A DNA stretch of 64,000 bases. Source: an uncultured delta proteobacterium. GTDB taxonomy: Bacteria > Desulfobacterota > Binatia > UBA9968. Shown in pieces: positions 52,317 to 62,173 of this stretch (position 1 is the first letter of the stretch; each line of letters opens with the position of its first letter). Under the pieces are notes generated by a model, which saw nothing but the letters and a program-made list of their open reading frames with translations, searched no databases and was not told where the DNA came from. The DNA lies in NCBI GenBank assembly GCA_963755715.1, contig CAVWLW010000056.1, positions 32,001 to 96,000 of the forward strand, given 5' to 3'. The position numbers and the translations under genes are program-made.

Positions 52317-53297
52317 TCATTTCTTCGTCGCGGCTTTGCTTTGCGCCAATTCTCGCAAGATCGAATAGTCCGCGAGTTTGCTTCGATCCACCGTCGCCGC
52401 CCGTTTGTCTACGTAGGTCATCATCTTCACCAGATTTTCGACCGCGGCTTCCGGCGGAATCAAATCGACGGTGGCGCGGGCGCGCATCTGTTCATAGGCG
52501 TAATCGAGGGTTTCTTTGTCGTCTGCCGGGACAATCCTTTTAAGAACTTCGATGGAGCCTTCTTTATTAGTCGTCATGTATTGCGTTGCTTCCAAGTACG
52601 CTTTGACGAAACGCAGCCATTTGCCGCGGTTCGCCTTCAGGGACGCAACCGTCACCGTGATCGGGCCGTTCATAAACGGCGTCTTGCGGCCCGGGACCAG
52701 ATGAAAGCCCATCTGTTTCATTTTGGGCTCGAAGGCGAAATCGACGGGCGCGGCGTCGATGCCGCCGCGGATGAGCGCCGCCAATCTTTCCTGCGAGCCG
52801 CCAAGCTGCAGCAAGGTCACGTCCTTCGAAGTATTGAGACCGGCGTCTTCGAGCATGACGCGCAGAACCAGAGACGACTTGCCGCCGAGGCGATTGATGC
52901 CGACTTTCTTGCCTCTTAACTGCGCTAGATCGTCGATCTTGTCGCGAGTGATCATCGTGTAAGAAACCAGATTGTCCCAACTGCCAAGTGAGACCACCGG
53001 CACGCCCTGGATATTCGATTGGACCAGTCCGGTCGGCGCGCCGGAAGTCGCATCGATGTCGCCGGAAATGAGCGCTTGATAGGTCGTCGGCTCGCTGTTG
53101 ATCCGAATGATCTCGCCCTTGAGTCCGTTCTTGTCAAAGAAGCCTTTCTCCTGCGCGATAAACACCGGATACGAAACGGTGGGAAAAAGCGGCACGCCGA
53201 TACGGATCCTGTCCTGGCCGAGGGCGATAGATGGCGCACAATTGACGAATATGAACAGGAGTAACAGGGACAATCGGCGGCGGCTGGCGTTTCGCAT
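52317..53297 (-). CDS. ABC substrate-binding protein, NitT/TauT family
   Basis: Signal peptide, IAQEKGFFDKNGL, QLRGKKVGINRLG; AAGGAGG RBS. Confidence 0.88.
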   Translation of the reverse strand: MRNASRRRLSLLLLFIFVNCAPSIALGQDRIRIGVPLFPTVSYPVFIAQEKGFFDKNGLKGEIIRINSEPTTYQALISGDIDATSGAPTGLVQSNIQGVPVVSLGSWDNLVSYTMITRDKIDDLAQLRGKKVGINRLGGKSSLVLRVMLEDAGLNTSKDVTLLQLGGSQERLAALIRGGIDAAPVDFAFEPKMKQMGFHLVPGRKTPFMNGPITVTVASLKANRGKWLRFVKAYLEATQYMTTNKEGSIEVLKRIVPADDKETLDYAYEQMRARATVDLIPPEAAVENLVKMMTYVDKRAATVDRSKLADYSILRELAQSKAATKK

Positions 53298-53415
53298 GAG
53301 ACCTCCTTAGCGGGCAAAATCCTCGATATTGCTCGCACGATCGATCATTTGTTTGAATGAGAGTGGATTGAAACCTATTATTGTCCGCCCGATGATGCAA
53401 GCGCATGATTACGGG

Positions 53416-53444
53416 TTGACATTGCGCTTTTCTGTGCGTACTAT
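53416..53444 (+). promoter_or_regulatory. sigma70-type promoter of the RRM gene
   Basis: TTGACA-17 bp-TACTAT. Confidence 0.7.
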
Positions 53445-53651
53445 GCAGTATCTTCTTCAGTATACGGCCTTCTGATAGAAGTCATAGCAAAGGTTGAAGG
53501 CCCTTGTCAGTCTCTCTCCTTGTGAACTGATACCTAAAAGGAAAATCCGATCAGAGTGTGGTTGAGCATTTTAGAGCCCCCATGTTCGGCTCCCATTAGC
53601 AGTTAATTTCTCAGGGTCAAAGACACTAACATTCTCTAATAGGAGGAGAAC

Positions 53652-53999
53652 ATGGGTAGTAAATTATATGTCGGCGGTTTGCCATATTCGGTAACCGGCG
53701 ACCGGTTGCAGGAAATTTTCGCCGAGCATGGGACCGTCGAATCGGCCAATGTGATTTCCGATAAATTCACGGGCCAATCACGAGGCTTCGGCTTCGTCGA
53801 GATGAGCTCTAGCGGCGAGGCCCAGAAAGCTATCGATAGCCTGAACGGCACACAGCTTGACGGGCGCACGCTGACTGTCAACGAAGCCAAGCCAATGGCC
53901 AAACGCGATAACTTCGGTGGTGGCGGCGGAAATCGTGGTGGTGGTGGTGGCCGCGGCAATCGCGACGGTGGCGGCGGCGGTGGACGCAACCGCTGGTAG
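53652..53999 (+). CDS. RRM RNA-binding protein with glycine-rich tail
   Basis: KLYVGGL (RNP2), SRGFGFVEM (RNP1), LTVNEAKP; AGGAGG RBS. Confidence 0.95.
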   Translation: MGSKLYVGGLPYSVTGDRLQEIFAEHGTVESANVISDKFTGQSRGFGFVEMSSSGEAQKAIDSLNGTQLDGRTLTVNEAKPMAKRDNFGGGGGNRGGGGGRGNRDGGGGGGRNRW

Positions 54000-54023
54000 T
54001 TTTTTCGTTAGCGAATTAACTGC

Positions 54024-54057
54024 AAAAAAGGGCAACCAATCCGGTTGCCCTTTTTTT
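54024..54057. terminator. Intrinsic terminator (bidirectional)
   Basis: AAAAAA GGGCAACC-AATCC-GGTTGCCC TTTTTTT. Confidence 0.9.
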
Positions 54058-54092
54058 GTGATTTCGCAGCAATATCACCGGGCGCATTTTCC

Positions 54093-55247
54093 ATGGAGAG
54101 ATTTTTCGCTACCTGTCCGCGCGGCCTGGAACTGCTTCTTGCAGAAGAATTACGTCAACTCAAAGCTGAAAAAATTCATGCCGTTGGCGGCGGTGTGCAA
54201 TTCGGTGGCGATTTTTTTCTTTGCTACCGAGTCAATCTGGAAAGCCGCATCGCCAGCCGTGTTCTTTGGCAGGTGGCGCACGGGAATTACCGTAGCGAGG
54301 ACGACATTTACCGCACCGCCTACGCGCCGCGCTGGACCGATTGGTTCGATCCGGCGCGGACCCTTCGCGTCGATATCTCCGCGACCAAGAGTCCGCTTAC
54401 GAGCCTCAATTTCGTCACGCTAAAAATCAAAGACGCGGTGTGCGATAAGATTCGCCGGATCGCGGGACGGCGCCCTAACGTCGATACGCGAGAACCCGAT
54501 ATTCCGATCCAGGGTCATCTGAGTGATCGCGAGTTTACGCTTTATCTCGATACCACGGGGGAGCCGCTCTTCAAACGCGGCCAGCGCATTTCCACGGGTG
54601 AGGCACCGCTCAGGGAAAATCTCGCCGCCGGAATTATTCGTCTCGCCGGTTGGGCGCCCGGCATTCCTCTGCTCGATCCAATGTGCGGCAGCGGCACGAT
54701 CCTGCTCGAAGCGGCGCACATGGCTCTCGATATCGCGCCTGGCTTAGGCCGGGGCTTTGCTTTTGAGAAATTCAAAAATTTCGATTCGCGCCTCTGGCGG
54801 GATCTCTTGCGCCAAAGCAGGGCGCGGCAAAAGCCCAGGGCGCCGCTAGCCATTTACGGCAGCGATCTCGCTGCCGATGTGTTGAAAGCGGCGCGCGCCA
54901 ATCTCATGGCAGCCGGTCTAGAAAAAGTTGTGAGCCTGAAACGGGCCGACGTTCTGGAAACCGCCGCGCCGGCACAGGGAGGCATCATCGTAACGAATCC
55001 GCCTTATGGAATTCGCCTCGGCGAGCAGCAAGCGATGGCTGAGTTTTACCCCAAACTCGGCGACGTGTTGAAAAAACAATTCAGCGGCTGGCGTGCCTAT
55101 CTGCTCAGCGCCGACATGCGTCTGCCCAAGCTGATCCACCTCGCCGCCTCGAAGCGTACGCCGCTTTTTAACGGCGCCCTCGAATGCCGCCTTTTCGAGT
55201 ACAAGATGGTGGAAGGAGAAATGAGAAAGAAAAAAGCTGGAGTGTGA
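54093..55247 (+). CDS. THUMP-domain RNA methyltransferase (RlmL-like)
   Basis: FFATCPRGLE, LDTTGEPLFKRG, APLRENLAAG, DPMCGSGT, TNPPYG, LFNGALECR. Confidence 0.92.
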   Translation: MERFFATCPRGLELLLAEELRQLKAEKIHAVGGGVQFGGDFFLCYRVNLESRIASRVLWQVAHGNYRSEDDIYRTAYAPRWTDWFDPARTLRVDISATKSPLTSLNFVTLKIKDAVCDKIRRIAGRRPNVDTREPDIPIQGHLSDREFTLYLDTTGEPLFKRGQRISTGEAPLRENLAAGIIRLAGWAPGIPLLDPMCGSGTILLEAAHMALDIAPGLGRGFAFEKFKNFDSRLWRDLLRQSRARQKPRAPLAIYGSDLAADVLKAARANLMAAGLEKVVSLKRADVLETAAPAQGGIIVTNPPYGIRLGEQQAMAEFYPKLGDVLKKQFSGWRAYLLSADMRLPKLIHLAASKRTPLFNGALECRLFEYKMVEGEMRKKKAGV

Positions 55248-55351
55248 TTCGTCTCACCGGACTACGAGGCGGCCTCATCGGCCTGAAACGTATTGACAGG
55301 GTTGATGCGCGCCGCAAGCAACCCGGCCGTTTGCTTTCTGCTCGAGCCCTG

Positions 55352-56647
55352 CTAGATCACCGTGCCATCAGGAATGGTGGCGTTCTTTATGATGACGACA
55401 ATGCCGTTTTGAATAACGAAGCCGAGATCTTCCCGGCTCGCCTCCTGCACGTGGTCTCTGTTGACGATTTGCACGTTGCGGCCGATGCGAGCGTTTTTGT
55501 CGACGATCGCTTTTTGGATCGTCGTGTTTGCGCCAACGCCCAAAGGAACCTTTCCGGTCTCCAAGGCTTTCATGCGTTCCGCCGGGGACTCGTAATAGTC
55601 TGAACCCATCAATAATGCATTATCGATCAGGCAACCCGTCTCGATGCGCGAGCGAATGCCGATGACCGAGCGCTTGACGGTGCATTCCTTGAGGATACAG
55701 CCCTCGCCGACCATCGATTCTACCACTTTGGAATCGAGCAGCTTGGTGGGTGGAAGATAGCGCGATCGCGTATAGATGGGCGCCTTCTCATCGTAAAAGC
55801 TAAACGGCGGATCGGGCTGGGCGGTGAGCGCGAGGTTCGCGTGGTAGAAGGCTTCGATCGTTCCGATATCTTCCCAGTAGTCTTTGAAAAGATAGGCTTG
55901 CACGTTGTGACTACTTAGCGACGCGGGCAGGATTTCTTTTCCAAAATCCGTTCGGTCCGGCGCCGCGTTTAGCAAATCGTGCAAAACTTGCTTTTCAAAC
56001 ACATAGATTCCCATAGAAGCGATGCAGGGAAATTCTTTCGCCTTTTCTCCGGGGAGTCCGAGAACGGTGGTATTGACTCGCATCTCTTTCAAAGCGTCGC
56101 CCTTGGGCTTTTCGCTGAAAGAGAGCACGCGACCGCCGCGATCGATTTTCACCAAACCGAAGTCGTGCGCCCGACTCTCCGTCATCGGTACCACGGATAG
56201 GGTGACATCCGCCTTAGTTTCGCGATGGCGCTCAATAAAATCCGCGTAATTCATCCGATACAAATGATCGCCGGATAGAATCAAGTATTGATCGACGTCC
56301 CATTCGGCGAACAGCCATAGATATTTGCGCACGGCATCGGCTGTCCCTTCGAACCAACTCGGGCTGTCCGGTGTTTGCTGTGCTGCCAGCACTTCAACAA
56401 ATCCTTGAGTGAAACCCGCGCCCGCCAAGTGGTACGTGCGCGCGATATGCCGATTGAGCGAGGCTGAGTTGAATTGCGTCAAAACATAGATTCTCTGGAT
56501 CTCCGAGTTGATGCAATTGCTGATGGGAATATCGATCAAGCGATATTTGGCACCGAGGGGAACGGCCGGCTTGGCGCGAAGTTTGGTAAGAGGGTAGAGC
56601 CGCTTTCCGGCCCCTCCGCCCAGAATAATGGCCAATACTCTTTTCAC
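55352..56647 (-). CDS. glgC: Glucose-1-phosphate adenylyltransferase (cyanobacterial/plant-type)
   Basis: [67 protein letters not shown]. Confidence 0.96.
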   Translation of the reverse strand: MKRVLAIILGGGAGKRLYPLTKLRAKPAVPLGAKYRLIDIPISNCINSEIQRIYVLTQFNSASLNRHIARTYHLAGAGFTQGFVEVLAAQQTPDSPSWFEGTADAVRKYLWLFAEWDVDQYLILSGDHLYRMNYADFIERHRETKADVTLSVVPMTESRAHDFGLVKIDRGGRVLSFSEKPKGDALKEMRVNTTVLGLPGEKAKEFPCIASMGIYVFEKQVLHDLLNAAPDRTDFGKEILPASLSSHNVQAYLFKDYWEDIGTIEAFYHANLALTAQPDPPFSFYDEKAPIYTRSRYLPPTKLLDSKVVESMVGEGCILKECTVKRSVIGIRSRIETGCLIDNALLMGSDYYESPAERMKALETGKVPLGVGANTTIQKAIVDKNARIGRNVQIVNRDHVQEASREDLGFVIQNGIVVIIKNATIPDGTVI

Positions 56648-57141
56648 AAAAGTGGTCTTAAATGTCCAAGTCTTTCGTCCGCGTCAAGTTTCTGCCGTTT
56701 TTCTCGGCGCCTCCAAACACTATTAAACACAGCGTGTCTATGTCAACCGGATTATGAAAAGCGAACTTGAATAAAGGTCAGGAATGGGAATTTATGTTGA
56801 TCTGAGGCGAACCTCGCAATCAGGAGACAGTAGGCAGTCCAATCGAAGGCAGCGTTGCTGTTTTTAGACATGCAATAGCGGCCTTTCCGTAAATTTTCTC
56901 ATCCCCGTGATCGGGATCATCGAGCATTGCCGACTTGTCGATCACGCATTCTATCCAACCGTGGGTGGCGTTGCGGATAGGGTCAGTGCGAGAGCGGAGC
57001 GTAAAAGCCATCGTCGAGCGGTTCCGCGCGAGCAAGCTCGAATTAATTTTCCTGTGAGAGAGTGGGCCAGCTCCGGCGTGGTCGAATCGCGGATCGCATG
57101 AGAACCGCCATTGCCGACGTCAGAGTCCTGGATCAAGCCGT

Positions 57142-57435
57142 CTACTTCTTCAATCTCCGGCCGAGCAGGTGGAGGATTTCGTTGAACTGGCGCTGCATGG
57201 CGATCATCTGTTCGCGCATGTTGAGGGCGACTTCGGCGCCTTCGAGATTGACGCCCATTTCTTCGATGAGCAGCCGGGCGATGCGCACTCGATCGACTTG
57301 ATCGATGGAATAAACTTTTTCGCCCCGCCGGACAATCGGAGAGATCACCTTCTCTTGTTCCAAACGGGAGACGAAAATCTTATCGACGTTGCAGATCTTC
57401 GTCACCTCGGTAATGCGCAGATATTTTCGTGCCAT
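57142..57435 (-). CDS. CbpM/HspR-like (MerR-fold) chaperone modulator
   Basis: RVRIARLLIEEMGVNLEGAEVALNMREQM; directly downstream of dnaJ. Confidence 0.82.
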   Translation of the reverse strand: MARKYLRITEVTKICNVDKIFVSRLEQEKVISPIVRRGEKVYSIDQVDRVRIARLLIEEMGVNLEGAEVALNMREQMIAMQRQFNEILHLLGRRLKK

Positions 57436-57447
57436 CGTTCGATTCCT

Positions 57448-58578
57448 CTATAACCGAACGTCCTTGCGCACGTCTTCGTCATAGGCCCGGTCGATTTTGT
57501 CGACGAGCTCTTGGGCGATCTTTTCGTTGGGCACGCGCACCATCAGCCGCAAATATAGATCGCCGGCGGGAGTTTGGCCGTGGGCGGCGACTCCTTTGCC
57601 TTTGATGCGCAATTGCTGGCCGCTCTGGGCACCCGCGGGCACTTTGACTTTAATCGTCCCGCTGGGTGTCGGCACTTCAATGCTCGCGCCGCGGATCGCT
57701 TCGGCGATCGTGATGGGCAGCTCCATGGTCAAATCTCTGCCGGAGCGCGTCAGTAGCGGGTGCGGGCGGATGCGCGGCGTGATGTAGAGATCTCCCGCCG
57801 GGCCGCCGCGAACGCCCGCTTCCCCTTTGCCGCGTAGGCGAATCCGTTTTCCCGCTTCGGCTCCGGGCGGAATATTGACGCGGATAGTATCGGACCGCAT
57901 AACTCTGCCAGTGCCTCTGCATGCGCTGCAGGGATCGCCGGGCAACTTCCCAGTTCCCCTGCAGCGCGGGCAGGTCTGGCGAAATTGCATCGGCCCTTGA
58001 GTGACCGGTTTGCTGCCGCTGCCTTTGCAATCCGGGCAAGTCGTCGGCCGGCTGCCGGGTTTTATCCCGGCGCCCTGGCAGACCTCGCACGGGACGGGCC
58101 GCTGCAGGGTAATCGCGGTCTGAAAGCCACGCACCGCGTCCAGGAAATCGATGTCCATGCTGGACTCGATATCCTGACCGGGCGCCGGACCCAGCGGCGC
58201 GTTTCGGCCTTGTCGAAACATGCCGCCTAGGCCGCCGAAGATGTCGCCGAGATCGTCCATGTTAAATTCAAAGCCGCCACCGCCGCTACCTGCCTGCGCC
58301 GATTGCTCTTGCCAGCGCTGATAGCTGCGCGCCTTGTCGGCGTCGAATCCGGCGGCGAGACCGGCCTCGCCGAATTCGTCGTAAAGCTTTTTTTTCTTTT
58401 CGTCGCTCAGCACATCGTAGGCGACGGAAAGCTCTTTAAACTTGTTCTCGGCGTCTTTATTACCCGGGTTGATGTCCGGATGGAATTTCCGCGCAAGCTT
58501 GCGGTACGCTTTGCGGATATCGTCCTGTGAAGCGGCGCGATCAACGCCCAGTACTTTGTAGTAGTCACTGTTAGCCAT
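57448..58578 (-). CDS. dnaJ: DnaJ chaperone
   Basis: J-domain with HPD, four CxxCxGxG zinc-finger repeats, DnaJ_C domain. Confidence 0.93.
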   Translation of the reverse strand: MANSDYYKVLGVDRAASQDDIRKAYRKLARKFHPDINPGNKDAENKFKELSVAYDVLSDEKKKKLYDEFGEAGLAAGFDADKARSYQRWQEQSAQAGSGGGGFEFNMDDLGDIFGGLGGMFRQGRNAPLGPAPGQDIESSMDIDFLDAVRGFQTAITLQRPVPCEVCQGAGIKPGSRPTTCPDCKGSGSKPVTQGPMQFRQTCPRCRGTGKLPGDPCSACRGTGRVMRSDTIRVNIPPGAEAGKRIRLRGKGEAGVRGGPAGDLYITPRIRPHPLLTRSGRDLTMELPITIAEAIRGASIEVPTPSGTIKVKVPAGAQSGQQLRIKGKGVAAHGQTPAGDLYLRLMVRVPNEKIAQELVDKIDRAYDEDVRKDVRL

Positions 58579-58729
58579 TGTTACTCTAAAATAACCACAA
58601 CGGCGGGACTTTCAAGAGAATAGCTCGATGTTGTCCTCGCGCCGGCGTGAGCTCACCAATTACATTAGCGGTGAGGAAGGAACGAGAAGCGACAATGATT
58701 AAGCGCGGGGTATCTTTGCGCATACACTC

Positions 58730-58738
58730 TGATATAGT
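58730..58738 (+). promoter_or_regulatory. Putative extended -10 promoter for the GT4 operon leader
   Basis: TGATATAGT. Confidence 0.45.
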
Positions 58739-58809
58739 GTGTCTCGATGTAACCGTTGGCATCCCGAAGTCCAATCAGCGCATGCTCGGTCCAATCTGAC
58801 CGGGTTCTT

Positions 58810-58848
58810 AAAGAGGCGGTCCCCTTGGGTACCGCCTCTTTGCGTTTC
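58810..58848 (+). terminator. Terminator-like hairpin within the 5' leader of the GT4 gene
   Basis: AAAGAGGCGGT-CCCCTTGGGT-ACCGCCTCTTT (perfect 11-bp arms), followed by GCGTTTCT. Confidence 0.6.
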
Positions 58849-58903
58849 TGCACCCGGAAAATAGCGAACAACGAGAGTCGATGGCGAGTAAGGAGATAGA
58901 TTT

Positions 58904-61189
58904 ATGGACCGTTATCCGAACCAATTGGACAGTGATCGCATTGCCTTTATCGGTAATTACTTGCCGAGACAATGCGGTATCGCCACGTTCACAACGGATT
59001 TATGCGAGGCGGTGGCCGTCGAGCACCCCGGCGCAACGTGCATCGCTCTGCCGGTAAACGACAACGAAGCCGGCTATGAATACCCGTCCAGGGTGCGTTT
59101 CGAGTTGGCCGAGAAGGACATCGACTCTTATCGCCGCGCCGCTGATTTCTTGAATATCAATAGCGTGGATGTCGTGTCTCTGCAGTTTGAGTACGGCATC
59201 TTTGGCGGCCGGGCGGGTAGCCACATTTTGGCATTGCTGCGTGAATTGCGCATGCCCATCGTAACGACGCTTCACACTATTCTGCGCGAACCGGATCCGC
59301 ACCAGCGCAGGGTCTTGGAGGAAGTGGCGGCGTTGTCGGATCGAGTGGTCGTCATGAGCGAACGCGGCGCGGCATTCTTGCGCGAGGTTTATCGCATTTC
59401 ACCGGCGAAGATCGATCTGATTCCGCATGGAATTCCTGATCTATCCTTCGTCGACCCCGGCTTCCATAAAGATCTGTTCGGTGTCGAAGGCAAAATTGTC
59501 TTGCTCAGTTTTGGCTTGCTGTCCGCGAACAAAGGAATCGAGAATGTTATCGCGGCCCTACCTGCGATACTCGCCAAGCATCCCAACGTCGTGTATTTCA
59601 TCGTCGGCGCCACCCATCCGCAGGTCAAGCAGCATGACGGTGAAACCTATCGTTTGTCCTTGCAGTGGCTGGCGCAAGAAAAGGGCGTCGAAGGTCAGGT
59701 TATTTTTTACAATCAGTTCGTCACGTTGGATGAATTGGTCGAATTCATCGGCGCAGCCGACATCTATATCACGCCTTACCAAAACCCGGCACAGATCGTC
59801 TCGGGCACCTTGGCCTATACGCTCGGCGCCGGTAAGGCGATCATCTCGACGCCTTATTGGTACGCTGAAGAGATGCTTGCTGATGAACGCGGCGTGTTGG
59901 TGCCGTTCCGTGATCCGCCGGCGTTGGCGGCGCAAGTCATCGACCTGTTGGACAACGAGGCCAAGCGTCACGCCATGCGCAAGCGCGCCTATATGTTCGG
60001 ACGCGATATGATCTGGCCGCAGGTAGCGCGCCGTTACCTGGAGAGTTTTGCCCGCGCCAGAGCCGAGAAACGCAACTTCACGCCGAGTGTTTTCACGGTG
60101 AAGCCGCTCGATAAGCGGCCGGCGGAACTGCCGCCGCTCAAGCTCGATCACTTGCGGCACATGACCGATGATACCGGCATGCTGCAGCACGCCCTTTTTA
60201 CTTTGCCGAACTATCGCGAAGGTTACACCGTCGACGACAACGCCAGAGCGCTGATGGTGAGTGTTTTAGCGGATGAACTGGGCCATTCCGAAGGGGCAGA
60301 GATAGTGTCGCGCTATCTTGCTTTCATCTGCTACGCCTTCAACGGCGAGACCAAACGCTTTCGCAATTTTATGGATTACCAGCGCAATTGGTTGGAGGCG
60401 AGCGGTTCAGACGACAGCCACGGCCGCACCCTGTGGGCGCTGGGCACGCTGTTGGGCCGTTCTAACACACCCGGTCTCCAGAGCATGGCCGGACGGCTGT
60501 TCGAGCAGGCATTGCCCGCGATTCTCACGACCACCAGTCCACGGGCCTGGGCCTTCGCGCTGATCGGCATTCACGAATATCTGCGCCGTTACGACGGCGA
60601 TCGCCGGGCAAGTCAGGTGCGCGAGGAATTGGCCGGGCGGCTGCTCACGTTGTATCAAGCGAATCGTTCGAAAGAATGGTGCTGGTTTGAAGAAAGTCTG
60701 AGTTATTGCAATGCCGCGCTGCCCCACGCTTTTCTGATGTGCGGTCAATCGATACCAAGCAGCACCATGAGTGACGCCGCGCTCGAGTCTCTCACGTGGC
60801 TCGCTGATCTTCAGCGAGACAAGACGAACGGCGGTCATTTTGTGCCGATCGGCTCCAACGGCTTTTATAAGCGCGGCGGTGTGCGTGCCCGCTTCGATCA
60901 GCAACCGGTGGAGGCTCAAGCGATGGTGTCCGCCTGCCTCGAAGCGCATCGGATCACGGGCGACAAAAACTGGTACAAGGAAGCGCGCCGCGCTTTCGAC
61001 TGGTTCCTGGGCCGCAACGATCTTCACCTTCCTATCTACGATCCGACGACGGGAGGTTGTCGAGACGGCTTGCATCCCGACCGCCCGAACGAAAATCAAG
61101 GCGCGGAGTCTTCCCTGGCGTTTCTTCAGGCCGTGTTGGAACTGCGTCTGGCTGAAAATACACTCCTGACCGTGGAGGCAGGATCTTAA
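58904..61189 (+). CDS. Glycosyltransferase family 4 fused to a C-terminal (alpha/alpha)-barrel glycosidase-like domain
   Basis: GNYLPRQCGIATFT, FGLLSANKGIE, DIYITPY...SGTLAY; C-terminal GYTVDDNARAL, FDQQPVEA, GGCRDGL...NENQGAES. Confidence 0.9.
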   Translation: MDRYPNQLDSDRIAFIGNYLPRQCGIATFTTDLCEAVAVEHPGATCIALPVNDNEAGYEYPSRVRFELAEKDIDSYRRAADFLNINSVDVVSLQFEYGIFGGRAGSHILALLRELRMPIVTTLHTILREPDPHQRRVLEEVAALSDRVVVMSERGAAFLREVYRISPAKIDLIPHGIPDLSFVDPGFHKDLFGVEGKIVLLSFGLLSANKGIENVIAALPAILAKHPNVVYFIVGATHPQVKQHDGETYRLSLQWLAQEKGVEGQVIFYNQFVTLDELVEFIGAADIYITPYQNPAQIVSGTLAYTLGAGKAIISTPYWYAEEMLADERGVLVPFRDPPALAAQVIDLLDNEAKRHAMRKRAYMFGRDMIWPQVARRYLESFARARAEKRNFTPSVFTVKPLDKRPAELPPLKLDHLRHMTDDTGMLQHALFTLPNYREGYTVDDNARALMVSVLADELGHSEGAEIVSRYLAFICYAFNGETKRFRNFMDYQRNWLEASGSDDSHGRTLWALGTLLGRSNTPGLQSMAGRLFEQALPAILTTTSPRAWAFALIGIHEYLRRYDGDRRASQVREELAGRLLTLYQANRSKEWCWFEESLSYCNAALPHAFLMCGQSIPSSTMSDAALESLTWLADLQRDKTNGGHFVPIGSNGFYKRGGVRARFDQQPVEAQAMVSACLEAHRITGDKNWYKEARRAFDWFLGRNDLHLPIYDPTTGGCRDGLHPDRPNENQGAESSLAFLQAVLELRLAENTLLTVEAGS

Positions 61190-62163
61190 TGGGCAACCAT
61201 CATGTCGAACTCTTCCAGCGTTGCGAGCACAATCCGATCTTAACTGCCGCGGATTGGCCTTATCCCGTGAACAGCGTGTTTAACCCGGGAGCTACGTTAC
61301 TCCCCGATGGCACGACGCTACTGCTGTGCCGCGTGGAAGATCGCCGCGGACATTCCCATTTATGTGTCGCCCGTTCTGCGAACGGCGTCGATCATTGGGA
61401 GATCGATTCCCGGCCGACGATGCCGGCCGATCCAGAACATTATCCGGAGGAATTATGGGGTATCGAGGATCCGCGCATCACTTACATTGCGGAACTGAAA
61501 AAATATGCCATCGTCTACACGGCGTTCTCGCGCGATGGCCCGGGCGTATCTCTGGCGCTCACTGAGGATTTCCACACCTTCGAGCGCTATGGCGTCATCA
61601 TGTCGCCGGAAGATAAAGATGCGGCGTTACTTCCCCATCGGATCGGCGGTCAGTGGGCCTTGATTCACCGGCCGGTGAGCGCGCCGCGCGCGCATATGTG
61701 GATCTCGTTTTCAGAGAACCTCTACCACTGGGGCAAGCACAAGCTGATGCTAGAGGCGCGGCGGGGTGCTTGGTGGGACGCTAACAAAATAGGTCTCTCA
61801 CCGCCGCCCCTACTAACACCTCAAGGCTGGTTAGTGATCTATCATGGCGTGCGCCAGACAGCTTCCGGTGCGATTTATCGCTTGGGGCTGGCGTTGTTTG
61901 ATTTACAAGCGCCGGAGCGTTGCCTGAAACGCAGCGATGAATGGGTCTTCGGTCCGCAAGAAGATTACGAGCAACGCGGGGACGTTGACAACGTGGTTTT
62001 TCCCTGCGGCACGACGGTCGCCGCCGATGGCGACACCCTGCGGTTCTACTACGGCGCCGCCGATACAAGCATTGCGATGGCCACCGGCAGCATTCGCGCC
62101 ATGCTCCAACGCCTTGAAAACACACCTGAGGGAAACAAAAGGTTTGAAGATATGGATGGTTGA
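61189..62163 (+). CDS. GH130 beta-mannoside phosphorylase/glycosidase
   Basis: NPIL, VFNPGA, GIEDPRIT, DKDAALLP, IHRP, GDVDNVVFPCG, YYGAAD; TAATG coupling to the GT4 gene. Confidence 0.9.
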   Translation: MGNHHVELFQRCEHNPILTAADWPYPVNSVFNPGATLLPDGTTLLLCRVEDRRGHSHLCVARSANGVDHWEIDSRPTMPADPEHYPEELWGIEDPRITYIAELKKYAIVYTAFSRDGPGVSLALTEDFHTFERYGVIMSPEDKDAALLPHRIGGQWALIHRPVSAPRAHMWISFSENLYHWGKHKLMLEARRGAWWDANKIGLSPPPLLTPQGWLVIYHGVRQTASGAIYRLGLALFDLQAPERCLKRSDEWVFGPQEDYEQRGDVDNVVFPCGTTVAADGDTLRFYYGAADTSIAMATGSIRAMLQRLENTPEGNKRFEDMDG

Positions 62164-62173
62164 AGAGGATCCA

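Noticed and set aside
53636-53989. Proline-rich antisense ORF and GGC/GGT repeats
   Set aside because: Mirror of the glycine-rich tail of the RRM protein.
56650-57140. About 490-bp gap between cbpM-like and glgC
   Set aside because: Only short ORFs without RBS or motifs and weak hairpins; no supportable feature.
58579-58730. CIRCE/HAIR heat-shock operators upstream of dnaJ
   Set aside because: Neither TTAGCACTC-N9-GAGTGCTAA nor CTTGAGT-N7-ACTCAAG is present; only a weak CTTGAAA...TATTTT promoter-like match.
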